Source: Mobula hypostoma
Lineage: Eukaryota
Direction of reading: 5' to 3'
Assembly: GCF_963921235.1 (NCBI RefSeq)
Contig: NC_086107.1
Span: forward strand, 113,834,001-113,898,000
DNA length: 64,000 nucleotides
A program made the position numbers and the translations under genes. The notes beneath the pieces were generated by a model. That model was not told the DNA's origin and made no database searches. It saw only the letters and a list, made by a program, of their open reading frames with translations. Shown here piece by piece: positions 1 through 12,189 of the stretch (position 1 is its first letter; each line of letters starts with the position of its first letter).

Positions 1-951
1 ACTATAGGGAGCAGCTTCCGGCACCATCAGAATCAGAATCAGGTTTAATATCACCGGCACGTGCTGTGGAATTTGTTACCAGCAGTGCAATGCAATGCAT
101 AATAATAGAGAAAAATGTTAGTTACAGGAAATATATAAATAATAGTTCAATTAAATAAATAATGCAAAAATAGAAATAAAAAAGTAGTGAGGTAGTGTTC
201 ATGGGTTCATGAGGTATTACTTCTTGAAGATTTCCTGGATACTACATCTCTTGCAGCCTGGAATATACAACGTGAGTAAGCGATGGAGGCTGGGACTCTC
301 ACAACATTTAAAAATGACCTAGATGAGCACTTGAATTGCCAAGGCAAAGAAAGTCAGCTTCCTTACTTTTCTCCCCTGGTCCAATGGCCTCTCCTATCAG
401 ATTCCTCCGTCTTCAACCCTTCACCTCCCAGCTTCTCAATATCATCCCCCTTCCCCCTCACCCAGTCTCACCTATCACCTGCCACCTTGTACTCCTTCCC
501 CTCCCCGCGCTGCTAACTCTTCCTTTCCAGTCCTGAAGGAGGGTCTCAGGCCCAGACATCGACTGGGTATTCATTTCCATAGATGCTGCCTGACCTGCTG
601 AGTTTCTCCAGCACTCTGTGTGACTTGCAATAGACCAGGCGCTTGTAGATGGGATCAGTGTGAAGGGTCAACACAGACATCTTGGGTCAAAGGGCCTGAG
701 AACTCCACCACAATACTTCCAAGTCGAGCCACACAGGAGCAGCTGGAACCCCAGCTAGAGGATGGTGACAACGGTGTGCCAATTCCTCAGTTATCATTAG
801 AGTCTCAGCTTCTCTCGAGGAGGATGGGAATGGTGACTTGAACAAAGGAGCTTCTGGCAGAGTAAAACTTGACACCAGCGTTTACTGTAAAAGGTGGTGT
901 TGGCAGCTTCTTCTCTCCACTGAATAGAATCTTTATGGCTTTCCTTTCTAG

Positions 952-1067
952 AGGTTCTTACTGAAGAGGAACTGAAGACCAAAACGCGGTTCTCCTTCCA
1001 AAGGATCCTGAATCAGGACAAATATGAAAGCATCACGCTGGAAGCCATCAGAGATGTCATAGCTAAG
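952..1067 (+). CDS. CARD10: CARMA-family (CARD10/CARD11-like) gene, third-from-last coding exon (GUK domain)
   Basis: Pyrimidine tract plus AG at 950-951, donor GTATGA at 1068. The 116 nt read (E)VLTEEELKTKTRFSFQRILNQDKYESITLEAIRDVIAK and end in phase 0, joining the next exon NKH... as in CARD11 '...IEAVAAK|NKHCLL'. Not in the ORF track. CARD10 vs CARD11 is tentative. Confidence 0.8.
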
Positions 1068-2261
1068 GTATGATTTGCCCAGAAGAGTTGAGTCACTGAT
1101 GCCAGGCTGATACCGGTGGCTCTGTGTCGATCTCTGCACCGTTTGGTCTTATGGCATGAATTTGTGGTTTTAAACATGAATTGTGAAGATTATCCAGGTA
1201 GGGGAGTCCAAAACTAAAGGGCCATAGTTTAAAGTGGGAGGTGAAAGCATGAGTATTGATTTCTCCAACTTTTGGTAAGTTCTCCCTCCTCCCCATCTTT
1301 TTCCTAATTCTTGCTTCCCTCTTACCCCTTACCTTCTCCCCTGCCCATCACATCCTCCGCTCACCCTCCTCCTTCCCTTTCTCCCACGGTCCATTCTTAT
1401 CAAATTCCTTCTTCTTCAGCCCTTTAACTTTTCCACCGATCACCTGCCAGTTTCTCAGTTCTCCCCCACTCGCCCACCCAACCACCTTCCCCCTCACCTG
1501 GCTTCACCTTTCAACTGCTAACTTGTCCCCCTTCCTGTGTCACCTCTTTCTCTGGCTTCTTCCCCTGTCCTTTTCAGTCCTGTTGAAGTGCCACAGCCCA
1601 AAATGTTGACTCTTTACTCTTCTCTATCAGCCTGACCAGTAGTGTTCCTCCAGCATTTTGTGTGTGCTGCCCTTGGGCTGTGAAACCTCACATCCTCCCC
1701 TCAGCCATTTGGATTACCTACTAAACATCAAAGTTCAAAATAATTGTATTATCAAAGTATGTGTGTGTTGCCATATACCACCCTGAGATTCATTTCTTTG
1801 CGGGCATTCACAGCAGAACAAAGAAATGCAATAGAATCGATGAAGGACTACACACAAAGACTGACAAACAGCCAATCTGCGAAAGAAGACAAACGGTGCA
1901 AACACACAAAAAAAAACAATAATCAATTAATCACACTGAGAACACAAGTTGTAGAGTATTTGAAAGTGAGTTTATAGGTTGTGGAATCAGTTCAGTGTTG
2001 AGGTGAGTGAAGTCATCCACTCCGGTTCAGGACCCTGATGGTTGAGGGGTAATCACTGTTCCTGATCCAGGTAGTGTGGGGCCCAAGACTCCTGTACCTC
2101 CTCCTTGATGGCAGCAGAGAGAAGAGAGCACGGCCTGGAAGGTGGATCTTTGATGAATGGGGCTGCTTTTTTGTGGCAGTGCTCCTTATAAACATGCTCG
2201 ATGGTGGGGGGGTGGGGGTGCTATTCCTCTAAATCTTAATCACCAACATTCTCCTTTTCAG

Positions 2262-2377
2262 AACAAACATGGCTTGCTTCCTTTGGGAGTGCACACTGTG
2301 AAGGACTTAATCGGCAAGGATATCTATACCATCATCATTCACATCAAAGTGACTTCAAAAAACATTAAGAAACTGAG
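2262..2377 (+). CDS. CARD10: CARMA-family (CARD10/CARD11-like) gene, penultimate coding exon
   Basis: ctccttttcAG acceptor, AG|GTAACC donor, 116 nt: NKHGLLPLGVHTVKDLIGKDIYTIIIHIKVTSKNIKKL(R). Resembles CARD11 NKHCLL...IYPIVLFIRVCEKNIKRFR and CARD10 ...IYPIVIHVEVTEKNVREVR. Ends in phase 2. Confidence 0.88.
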
Positions 2378-2753
2378 GTAACCGACTACGGCGTGATGAC
2401 ATTGGATAGCGGGACAGGCTTGAGCAGCTGAGTAGTGGACTGCTGAGGTTGTACCAACGGAGGGGAGTGGGAAGGGATGGGATACTGCAGGCTGTGTTGG
2501 GCGGGTGAGGTGCAATGCCCCTCCTGATCATTTAGTGGTTGAGTACACTTCGTGTTCGGGTCCTGGTCTCTTACAGCAGGGCAGGTGCCCAGAATGTACC
2601 CTGGTCTTATCAGGTGCCCATCCCTGAATTCCAACTGATAACATGACTTTATCATGCTGTTAATGGCTTTGAGACTTCAATATATTTCCATGTGAACAAT
2701 ACACAAAACATGGAGGAACTCAATTTGGGCGGTGCGATCGCATAGTGCCGAGA

Positions 2754-2988
2754 GTAACGCCATTACAGTGCTGGTGAATTGGGAGGGTCGCTGGTCGTGT
2801 GTAACGCAGTTACGGTGCTGGTGAATTGGGAGGATCGTTGGTCCTGTGTAACGCCGTTACAGTGCTGGTGAATTGGGAGGGTTGCTGGCCGTGCGTAACG
2901 CCGTTACGGCGCTGGTGAATTGGGAGGGTCGCTGGTCGTGCGTAACGCCGTTACGGCGCTGGTGAATTGGGAGGGTCGCTGGTCGTGT
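2754..2988. repeat. Tandem repeat, ~47 bp x 5
   Basis: Unit gtaacgccgttacggcgctggtgaattgggagggtcgctggtcgtgc. Confidence 0.9.
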
Positions 2989-3405
2989 GGCTCACTGAGC
3001 TAGAAAGGGGCTGTTACCGTGCTGTGTCTCTAAATAAAAATAATTAACCGACTAGCCAGGACGTCTTTGGACTGTGGGAGGAAAGCGGAGCACGCGGAGG
3101 AAACTCACGGGCTCACAGGGAGAACGTACAAACTCCTTACAGGCAGCAGCGGGAATTGAACTTGGGTCACTGTTGCTGCAGTAACGTTATGCTAATTGCT
3201 ACATCACAGTGCCGCCCGTGTTAATTGGTCACATGGGTGTAGATGGGCGGCACGGAGCCAGTAGGGGCCTGTTACCGTATTGTATTTCTTAATTAAAATA
3301 CACCTCAGTGGGTCAGGCAGCATCTATGGAAGGAAATGGAGTGACATTTCGGGTCAAGGACTGAAGAAGCTTAAATTCTGGCTGTTACAGTGGCGCCGCT
3401 GATAG

Positions 3406-4027
3406 AATCACAACCTTCACCTCTCCACAGACCCAGGTTCAATCACAACCTTCACCTCTCCACAGACCCAGGTTCAATCACAAACTCACCACTCCACAGA
3501 CCCAAGTTCAATCACAAACTCACCTCTCCACAGACCCAGGTTCAGTCACAAACTCACCTCTCCAGAGACCCAGGTTCAATCACAACCTTCACCTCTCCAC
3601 AGACCCGGGTTCAATCACAACCTCACCACTCCAGAGACCCAGGTTCAATCACAAACTCACCACTCCAGAGATCCAGGTTCAACCACAAACTCACCTCTCC
3701 AGAGACCCAGGTTCAGTCACAAACTCACCTCTCCAGAGACCCAGGTTCAATCACAACATTCATCTCTCCAGAGACCCAGGTTCAATCACAAACTCACCTC
3801 TCCAGAGACCCAGGTTCAGTCACAAAGTCACCTCTCCAGAGACCCAGGTTCAATCACAAACTCACCTCTCCAGAGACCCAGGTTCAGTCACAAACTCACC
3901 TCTCCAGAGACCCAGGTTCAATCACAAACTCACCTCTCCAGAGACCCGGGTTTAACCACAAACTCACCTCTCCAGAGACCCAGGTTCAATCACAAACTCA
4001 CCACTCCAGAGACCCAGGTTCAGTCAC
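3406..4027. repeat. Minisatellite, 34 bp x ~18
   Basis: Unit cacaaactcacctctccagagacccaggttcaat. Confidence 0.95.
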
Positions 4028-5566
4028 GGCTTTGGGCGATGGCTGTGTGGAGTTTGCACATTCTCCTTGTGACCATGTGTGTTTTTCCTGTTTCCTCCCA
4101 CATCCCAAAGATCAGCTGGTTAGTTCAGAGGCTGCTGTAAATAGACCCTTGGGGAAGAATCTCTGGGAGCTTGAAGGGAACGTGGGGTGAAAACAATGGG
4201 ATTCATTAAAATCTATCGTATGTTGAAAGGCCTCGATAGAGTAAACGTGGAGATGATATTTCCCATGGGGGAGTCTAACACCAAAGGGCACAGCCTCAGA
4301 ATATAGGGATGCTCATTTAGAATGGAGATATAAAGAGGAATTTCTTTAGCCAGAGAGTGGTGAATCTGTGGAATTTGGTGCCAAAGGTGGCTGTGCAGAG
4401 GTTGATAGATTCTTGATCAGTCAGGGCATGAAGGGATAAGAGGAGAAGGCAGGATATCAGAGCTGAGAGGGGTATGGATCATCCATGACAAAATGGCAGA
4501 GCAGACTCGATGGGCCAAATGGCCTAATTCTGCTCCTACATCTTATGGTTTTGTGGATTGTTATTGAATTTGTTGTTTGACAATTGACACATTAGATGAG
4601 CTGAAGGGTATGTTTCCCTGTGGTGTGGCTATACGACTCTAAGTATCCAGCTGTCACGATGGATTTTCTTTATTCTAATTTTATTTTATTTAGAGATGCA
4701 GTGCAGAATGAGCCTTTCCAACCCAATGAGCCAAACCACATAGCAACCTCCGACAACCCCTGATTTATCCCTAACCTAATCACAGGACCAATGATCAATT
4801 GACCTACTAACCAATGTGGCTTTAGACCGTGGGAAGAAACCAGAGCACCCCAGGAAAATCCACGCATTTCACGGGGAGGGCGTACAGAGACTCCTTACAG
4901 ACGCCGCCGGGATTGAACCCTGAACTCCGATGCCCCGAGCCGTAATAGCGTCATGCTAACCGCTACACTTCTGTGGTGCCCTCAAGATCCGGAGCAGAGC
5001 TTTACTTCTCAGGATAGTGGAATAGTGTGTTACCTACTTAAGTGGCTGACATGACTGGGTTTTGACAAGAAGCTGTAAACCCACCAGTCCAGCTACTCAT
5101 CCGCCCATCCCTGGAACTCAGGACAATGAGGTTGACACTTGACACTTGACATTGTCCCACCATCCTGAGCTGAGCTCAGCCTCACCTGGGTACTTCCATT
5201 TCACCCCTCTCCCTGCCTCCACCTCTTGTCAGTCAGCTTGGAAGGTAGCAGATGAGAATACTTTGGGAGGAATGGTGTTGGATGGACGTTAGAGAGGGAC
5301 AGAATTGGCAAAGAGTGGTGGAGTCTTGACAGAAGGGGTAGACCTTTGGGAAGGGAGTAGCTGGTTGGAGAGGATGTAAATGGTTTGGAAAGGGCTAAAT
5401 TGGTGGCAGATGTAGGTAGATTTTGTGGAGGAAGTAGACAGACTGTTGTTAGAAGGTGATGGAATGTTGGTGGAGAGGGGAGACTGTTGGCAGAAGGTTA
5501 GATGTTTGTTGAGAGAACTAGATGTTGCAGAGAGCATTTGAAACCTTCTTTCATCTCTCACTGCAG

Positions 5567-5768
5567 GAAACTGGTTCCCAAGTCCTGCAGCAGTGACGAG
5601 GAATTCCTGAAACTCTACCGGATTGAGCAGAAACACCTGGAGTCTGTGCCCTGCCTCTCAGCCACAGTGGAGCCCAACACCTGGGGCAACGTCAATGAGC
5701 TGGCCAAAGCCATGAAGGAGAGCATCTTGCAGGAGCAGACAAAACTCGTCTGGATCGAGCAGAACTGA
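5567..5768 (+). CDS. CARD10: CARMA-family (CARD10/CARD11-like) gene, terminal coding exon
   Basis: Acceptor ...tctcactgcAG; the phase-2 start completes the Arg codon. Reads KLVPKSCSSDEEFLKLYRIEQKHLESVPCLSATVEPNTWGNVNELAKAMKESILQEQTKLVWIEQN*, the CARMA C-terminal PCL...W...EL...EQ...W motif. ELAK..ILQEQ..LVW.E is CARD10-like. Confidence 0.9.
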
Positions 5769-7028
5769 AGCTCATCAGCCAGCTGAGCTTCGGTCCGTAA
5801 TATGGAATGGAAGGACTATGGTCCTGGTGGGAACTGATGTGGGAATCCAGCCCAGCAAGGTATCTCCTGTCAGATGTCCAATGACATTGAAGCCGCAGTC
5901 ACTCTCCTCTAGGCACAGGTCCAAACAGAAAGCAGAAAACTACAAGTTACCAACTGGTAGATACATGCTGGTGGCTACAACAAGATTGCATCTGATACAT
6001 TGATCTCAATCCTTCTCCAGTGATACTACCCATGATGCCAGAGAAGCAGGACTGGGCGGCTGGATGGAGGAACGTGGAGATGTAGAGGGCGAGTCAGTCA
6101 CACCAGAAGGGAGCTGGATAGGTATCTGTAAAGAATGATTTGCAGGGCTATAAGAGGATGGGCGAGACAAACCAACTGGATTATTCTTCAGCTGAGTCAG
6201 CATAGACTGAACAGGCTGAATGGCCTAACTTTTCTCTAACACTATGACCTTTTGTTTCTCCAGCTCCCATTCCCAGCCCCTTTTCCTTTGAATTGCCGTC
6301 CCTAATTATCCTCTTCTATTTAAGAAACATATAGAGAATAGAAAAATGGAGGGCTATGTAGGAGGGAAGGATTAGATTTATCTTAGGGTAGGTTAAAAAG
6401 TTGGCACAACATCATGGGTCGAAGAGCCTGTACTAAGCTGTTCTATGTTCTATATTCCTAACTAACACACCTCCGCTTTCATTTGCTCCTCCCCCTCTCT
6501 TTACTGCACCTGAAAAGTTATTTTCCCTCTTAATGTTTACCCAATTCCATTTAAATGTCTTTGACCTTAAATATTCAGTTTCAAAGTCAAAGTCAAGTTT
6601 ATTGTCGTCCGCACAGGTACGCGTGTGCCCCGTGAGAAACGCATTTGCCACAGCATCGCAGGCACAGATCATCAGCTGGGCAGCATTCAGAAGAAAAACA
6701 TATATTAAAAATAATTTATACACAACTTTTACAGAAACAACACAATTAGAGCAAAACGATTGTCCATTTTAATGCAAAGTAGTCACAGTGTACAGTTGTC
6801 TAACTGTAGTGACTAGTTAGTTCCAGAGCTGAATGGTTAAAACATAGAACACAGTACAGTACAACACAGGCCTTTCAGCCCGCTATGTCGTGCCACGCTT
6901 TTAACCTACTCCAAGATCTATTTAAAAACGCAAACACGAGGAAATCTGCAGATGCTGGAATTTCAAGCAACACACATCAAAGTTGCTGGTGAACGCAGCA
7001 GGCCAGGCAGCACCTCTAGGAAGAGGTA

Positions 7029-7066
7029 CAGTCGACGTTTCAGGCCGAGACCCTTCGTCAGGACGA
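7029..7066 (-). ncRNA. Minimal type I hammerhead ribozyme motif (Penelope pLTR), minus-strand copy
   Basis: Reverse complement reads tcgtc-CTGACGA-a-ggg(tctcgg)cct-GAAA-c-GTC-gactg, with palindromic ACGT in place of stem III. Confidence 0.7.
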
Positions 7067-7096
7067 ACTGAAAGGAGATAGTAAGAGATTTTCAGT

Positions 7097-7134
7097 TAGT
7101 CCTGACGAAGGGTCTCGGCCCGAAACGTTGACTG
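7097..7134 (+). ncRNA. Minimal type I hammerhead ribozyme motif (Penelope pLTR)
   Basis: tagtc-CTGACGA-a-ggg(tctcgg)ccc-GAAA-c-GTT-gactg: core boxes, stem II, NUH triplet and stem I complementarity. Activity untested. Confidence 0.7.
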
Positions 7135-9424
7135 TACCTCTTCTTAGAGATGCTGCCTGGCCTGCTGCGTTCACCAGCAACTTTGATGTGTGTTGTCCAA
7201 GATCCATTTGACCCTTCTCTCCTATGTAGTCCTCCATTTTTATTTTATCTATGTGCCTATCTAAGAGATATTAAGAGACTTAGATATATTATCTTCCTCT
7301 ACCACCACTCCTGGCAGCATACACCATACTGTGTAAAAAAAACTACCTTTAATATCACCCCCCCCCCGACACTTTCCTCAAACACCTTAAAGTTATGACC
7401 CTTTGTATTAGCCATTTCCACCAGGGAAAATGTCTCTGTTTGTCCACTGGATCTATGCCTCTTATCATCTTACACATCTCTCATCCTCCTTTATTCCAAA
7501 GAGAAAAGCCCTTGTTCACTCACCCTTTCCTCATCGAGAAAGGGGAAGTAGCTCCTTTTCTCACCCTCCACTAACCCTTTCCATTGAATGTGGCATGTCA
7601 TACACGGGTGCGTTCTCCCAACCTGCCGAGTGTTTTGAGTGTTTTCTCTTTCTAGTTCCGATTTCCAATATCTACGACGTTTTGCTTTGTGTTAAAATTT
7701 TAACAGTTTATTTCTCTTTGTTAAATAATATTTCAAAGTTACTGATAACTTTAGTTCAAAAGGAGTTCAGGATACTGATAAGCAGGAGAGAAGCAGATAA
7801 TAAACACGAGACAGTCTGCAGATGCGGGAAATGCCCACGAAATGCTGGAGAAACTCAGCGGGACAGGCAGCATCTATGGAGAAGAGTAAATAGTCGATGT
7901 TTCAGGCTGAGGCCCTTCATCGGGACTGGAAACGAAGGGGAAAGAGAATAAAAAGGTGTGGGGAGGGGAAGGAGGCTAGATTGAAGGTGATAGGTGAAAC
8001 TGGGTGGGTGGTAGGGAGATGTAAGGGCTGGAGAAGAAGGGATAAGCAGAGGGGAGTAGATCATAGGAGAAAGGGAAGGAGGAGGGGGCCGAGGGGAAAG
8101 TAATAGGCAAGTAAAAGGTCAGAGTCAGGAATCGAGGAAGGGAGGGTACATTCCAGTACCTCTCTAAATATCTCTTAAACGCCTCCATCTTATTTGCCTA
8201 CACTACCCCTGGCACATTCCATGTACCCACCACTCTCCGTATAAGTAACTTGAGCCACACATCTCCTTTGAACCTACTCCTCTCACCTTTAGTGCACATT
8301 CTTCAATGTTAGACATTTCAACCCTGGGTAAAAAGTACCAGCTGTCTCTTCTAACTCTGCCTCTCAAAATCTTCTAAACTTCTATCAGGTCTCCCCTCAG
8401 CCTCCAACACCCCGGAGAAAACAACACAGCCTCTCGTTACAGCACATGCCCTGAAATCCAGGCAGCGTCCTGGTAAACCTCTTCCTCCCCTTCTCCAAAG
8501 TCTCCACATCTTTCCTATAATGGGGCAACTAAAACTGAATTCAACGCTCCGGACGTGCCCATGGCAATTTCAATGATGAGTATGGATTTTTGGTGGAAAA
8601 TGTCTACGTGGGTCTGTGAGAGAAAGACATGGACTGGAAGAAAGTTTTAAAGACAGATTTTGTTAAATATATTGTAAATACATCTTATTTTTGATTCTGT
8701 TCAACTATTTATCAAATTTAATTATATTATCAGTGTTATTATTTGATTGGTGGTTGTTCGTTATGTCCTGCGATGACAGGAAACCTGTGCGGGAGATTTT
8801 TAAAGTGGAAAGGCCGTTGCCCTGAGGCAGTTCCACCCTCTTGACATCAGAAGCCCAGGTCCAGTGGTGCGAGTGGTGTCACAACCGGGGTCTTTCTTGG
8901 TTCCAGTGGGTGACCATGACTTCTTCCACTGCCCTTCGCTCTCCACGGAGCATTGCAGAACCGCCTTCCTGGCCGTTTGACCTCTCCGTTGATCTCATCC
9001 GCCCAGTCCGTCAGAGCTGACTTCGCGTGCCAGGACAGGCGTGTCCCCGTCTCACCCGAGTACGAGGCCCCACCGGCTACCCTCACCTGGTTTAACCCAC
9101 CATTTGAAGCCTTGTGCTGGGCTGCGGCCGCTGTTGCAAGCAAACAGTCGCAGGCAAGCGAAGAGTGTCCGCTGGGGTCTGCTGAGTGAGCCCCTTCACC
9201 AGAGGTGTGACCCTCTCTGGACACCCCACACACCTCATTAGTTCATTACCCTCAGGGGTAAATGGGTTTCGACAAACTGTAGTCGTAGACAGACACAAGA
9301 GTAGGTACTGCAAACTGGAACAATGAACAAACTGTTGGAGATATACAAGGGGTCGAGCAGCATCTGTGTGAGGAAAGGAATTACTGAGGTACCAGACCAA
9401 AACCCTGCAAAACGTCTGTAAAAC

Positions 9425-10150
9425 CATAAGACATGGGAGCAGAATTAGGCCATTTGGCCCATCGAGTCTGCTCCATCATTCAATCATGGCTGATTTATTA
9501 TCTCTCCAACTCCCTTCTCCTGCCTTCTCCCTGTAACCTTTTTCACCCTGATTAATCAGGAACCTATCAACCCTTGCTTTAAATATACCCCAATGACTTG
9601 GCCTCCACAGCCACCTGTGGCAATGAATTCCACAGATCAACTATCCTCTGGCTAAAGAAATTCCTCCTCGTGTCTGTTCCAAAGGGCCGTCCCTCTATTC
9701 TAAGATTGTGCATACTGGTCCTAGACTCCCCCACTACAGGAAGCATCCTCTCCATGTCCAGTCTGTCTAGGCCTTTCAATATTTGATAGGTTTCAATGAG
9801 ATCCCCCCTCATTCTTCTAAACTCCAGCCAGTACAGGCCCAGAGCCATCAAGCGCTCCACATACGTTAGCCAGACTCATTTGTGTGAACCTCCTCTGGAC
9901 CTTCTCCAATGCCAGCACATCCTTTCTTACATAAGGGGCCCAAATCTTCTCACAATACTCCAAATGTAGTCTGACCAATGCCTTATAAAGCCTCAACATT
10001 ACATCCTTGCTGTCATGTTTCAGTCCTCTCGGAGTGGATGCTAACATTGCATTTGCCTTTCTCACCACCAACTCAACCTGCAAATTAGCCTTTAGGGAAC
10101 CCTGCACGAGGATTCCCAAGTCTCTTTGCACTTCTGATTTTTGAATTTTC
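9425..10150 (-). mobile_element. CR1 LINE 3' fragment
   Basis: Minus-strand ORFs with LYKALVRLHLEYC and RRMRGDLIETYQILKG. Confidence 0.88.
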
Positions 10151-10563
10151 TCCCCTCCGTGCTAACAGGAGGCACATCAAAGGTTAATTTTTTTCATACA
10201 GATGCTGCTCGACGCGCTGAGTTCCTCCAGCGAGATTGACTGATAGCCGCAGACTTCATGGGGAGGTTTAGTTTTCCCTGTGAAGTTTTCCTTGGAGTTC
10301 AGGATGTTCAGTAACCACACAGCAGAGACAAGGTGGATTGGCTGCAATACGTCTCCCAAACTTCCTACAATCCCAAAGGTACTCTGCAGAGAGCTGATCA
10401 CGGAAGTTCCCTGCACTGAAATCAAGTGGTGGGGGGGCATTCACAAATGAGTTCTGGCAGAGAACGTGAGTGGGTTCTTTAGCTGTGGTGCCGACATGTC
10501 GGTGTCTGTTATCTCGTGACGGGAGCATGAGGCATGAGGGCTGGTGAGTTAGAGAGCCTGGAG

Positions 10564-11127
10564 CTCGGGGTCCCATACTCAGCCAGTCCCATACTCGGGG
10601 TCCCATACTCAGCCAGTTCCATACTCGGGGTCCCATACTCAGCCAATCCCATACTCGGGGTCCCATACTCGGGGTCCCATACTCTGCCAGTCCCATACTT
10701 GGGGTCCCATACTCTGCCAGTCCCATACTCGGGGTCCCATACTCGGAGTCCCATGCTGGGAGTCCCACACTCGGGGTCCCACACTCGGGGTCCCATACGC
10801 GGGGTCCCATACTCAGCCAGTCCCACACTCGGGGTCCCATACTTGGGGTCCCACACTCGGGGTCCCATACTCGGGGTCCCACACTCGGGGTCCCATACTC
10901 AGCCAGTCCCACACTCGGGGTCCCATACTCAGCCAGTCCCATACTCGGGGTCCCACACTCGGGGTCCCATACTCGGGGTCCCACACTCGGGGTCCCATAC
11001 TCGGCCAGTCCCATACTCGGGGTCCCACACTCGGGGTCCCATACTCAGCCAGTCCCACACTCGGGGTCCCATACTCGGGGTCCCACACTCGGGGTCCCAT
11101 ACTCGGGGTCCCATACTTGGCCAGTCC
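10564..11127. repeat. Minisatellite of interspersed 14-bp and 16-bp variants
   Basis: Units ctcggggtccca(t/c)a and ctcagccagtcccata. Confidence 0.95.
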
Positions 11128-11228
11128 AGGGATCAATACCGAAGGTCAAAGCATGAAGGTCACCTGGAAGTCCGGAAGTCAGAGCCCAATGGCCGAAGCT
11201 TGGAGACTGGTGTCCCAGAGGCACACGC

Positions 11229-11245
11229 GTGTGTGTGTGTGTGTG

Positions 11246-11289
<44 letters not shown>

Positions 11290-11302
11290 TGTCTGTGCGT
11301 CA

Positions 11303-11351
<49 letters not shown>

Positions 11352-11380
11352 TCTGTCTGTGCGTCAGTGTCTGTGTGTGT

Positions 11381-11424
<44 letters not shown>

Positions 11425-11477
11425 CTGTGTGTGTGTGTGACTGTGTGTGTGTGTCTGTGCGTCAGTGTCTGTGTGTG
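11229..11477. repeat. Interrupted (TG)n microsatellite
   Basis: TG runs with the interruption gtctgtgcgtcagtgtct recurring three times. Confidence 0.95.
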
Positions 11478-12189
11478 GGGGGGGGAAGGGGTCTGTTTTG
11501 TGGTTGTTTTGTTGCTTGTTGTGTTCTGTGTTGTCTTCCTGAGCACAGTGGGAATGGGATGTTGGCGCTGAAATCTGTGGTGACGTTTGCAGCCTCGGCT
11601 CCAGCACATCCGTAGGCTGTGTTGGTCGTTAACACAAACGGCGCATTTCACTGTTTCCGGATGTACATGTCCTAAATCCGAGCACAAATGCCATCCGTAT
11701 GAGGGGGTTCCAGGACGGCGATGGGTGCTAACTGCTGATGCTGAGGCAAACTTTTCACCCCGTCAGATCCCCAAATCACCTCTGACCATTGTGCTTGGGA
11801 CTAAAAATCACAGTGAGCATGGCCCCCTCAGAGCCAGCACACAGCACGTCAACGGACTAACCTGATTGTGATCCGACTGGAAGGGCATTCCATGTAAGCC
11901 GCACTCCCCTGTCACTGGTCCACAGGTCTCTCCCTCCCCATCACTGATCCACAGATTCCCTCAGTCACAGGACTATAAGCCCCTCCCCTGTAGTTGGAAC
12001 ACAGAGTTCTCCATCCCGTCCTGCAGCTCCTCTGTTGTAGGACCACAGAGCCCCTCCGCCACTAGACTACAGGACCCCTCCTCTGTTAGTGGCCATCTTG
12101 TCTCTGTGTCTGGCCTTCTGAACTCTCTCACAGGCTCAGGAAGCTCCACTACGGGCCCGCAAATGAGCGGCTGTAGCGGCCATCAGATT

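Larger units (their letters stand above)
6924..7195. mobile_element. Fold-back Penelope pLTR-derived insertion
   Basis: 106-bp inverted arms (6968-7073 and 7090-7195) nearly identical to the pLTR at ~62510-62646; flanked by the 14-bp duplication tccaagatc(t/c)attt. Confidence 0.85.

Noticed and set aside
3390..4190. 266-aa repetitive ORF
   Set aside because: Read-through of the 34-bp minisatellite inside a SINE within an intron.
8990..9095. Possible HDV-like ribozyme on the minus strand
   Set aside because: I could not build the P1/P2/P3/P1.1 nested pseudoknot by eye.
10268..11615. Long ORFs and a CRISPR-like look
   Set aside because: Minisatellite plus (TG)n; no unique spacers, no cas genes, vertebrate context.
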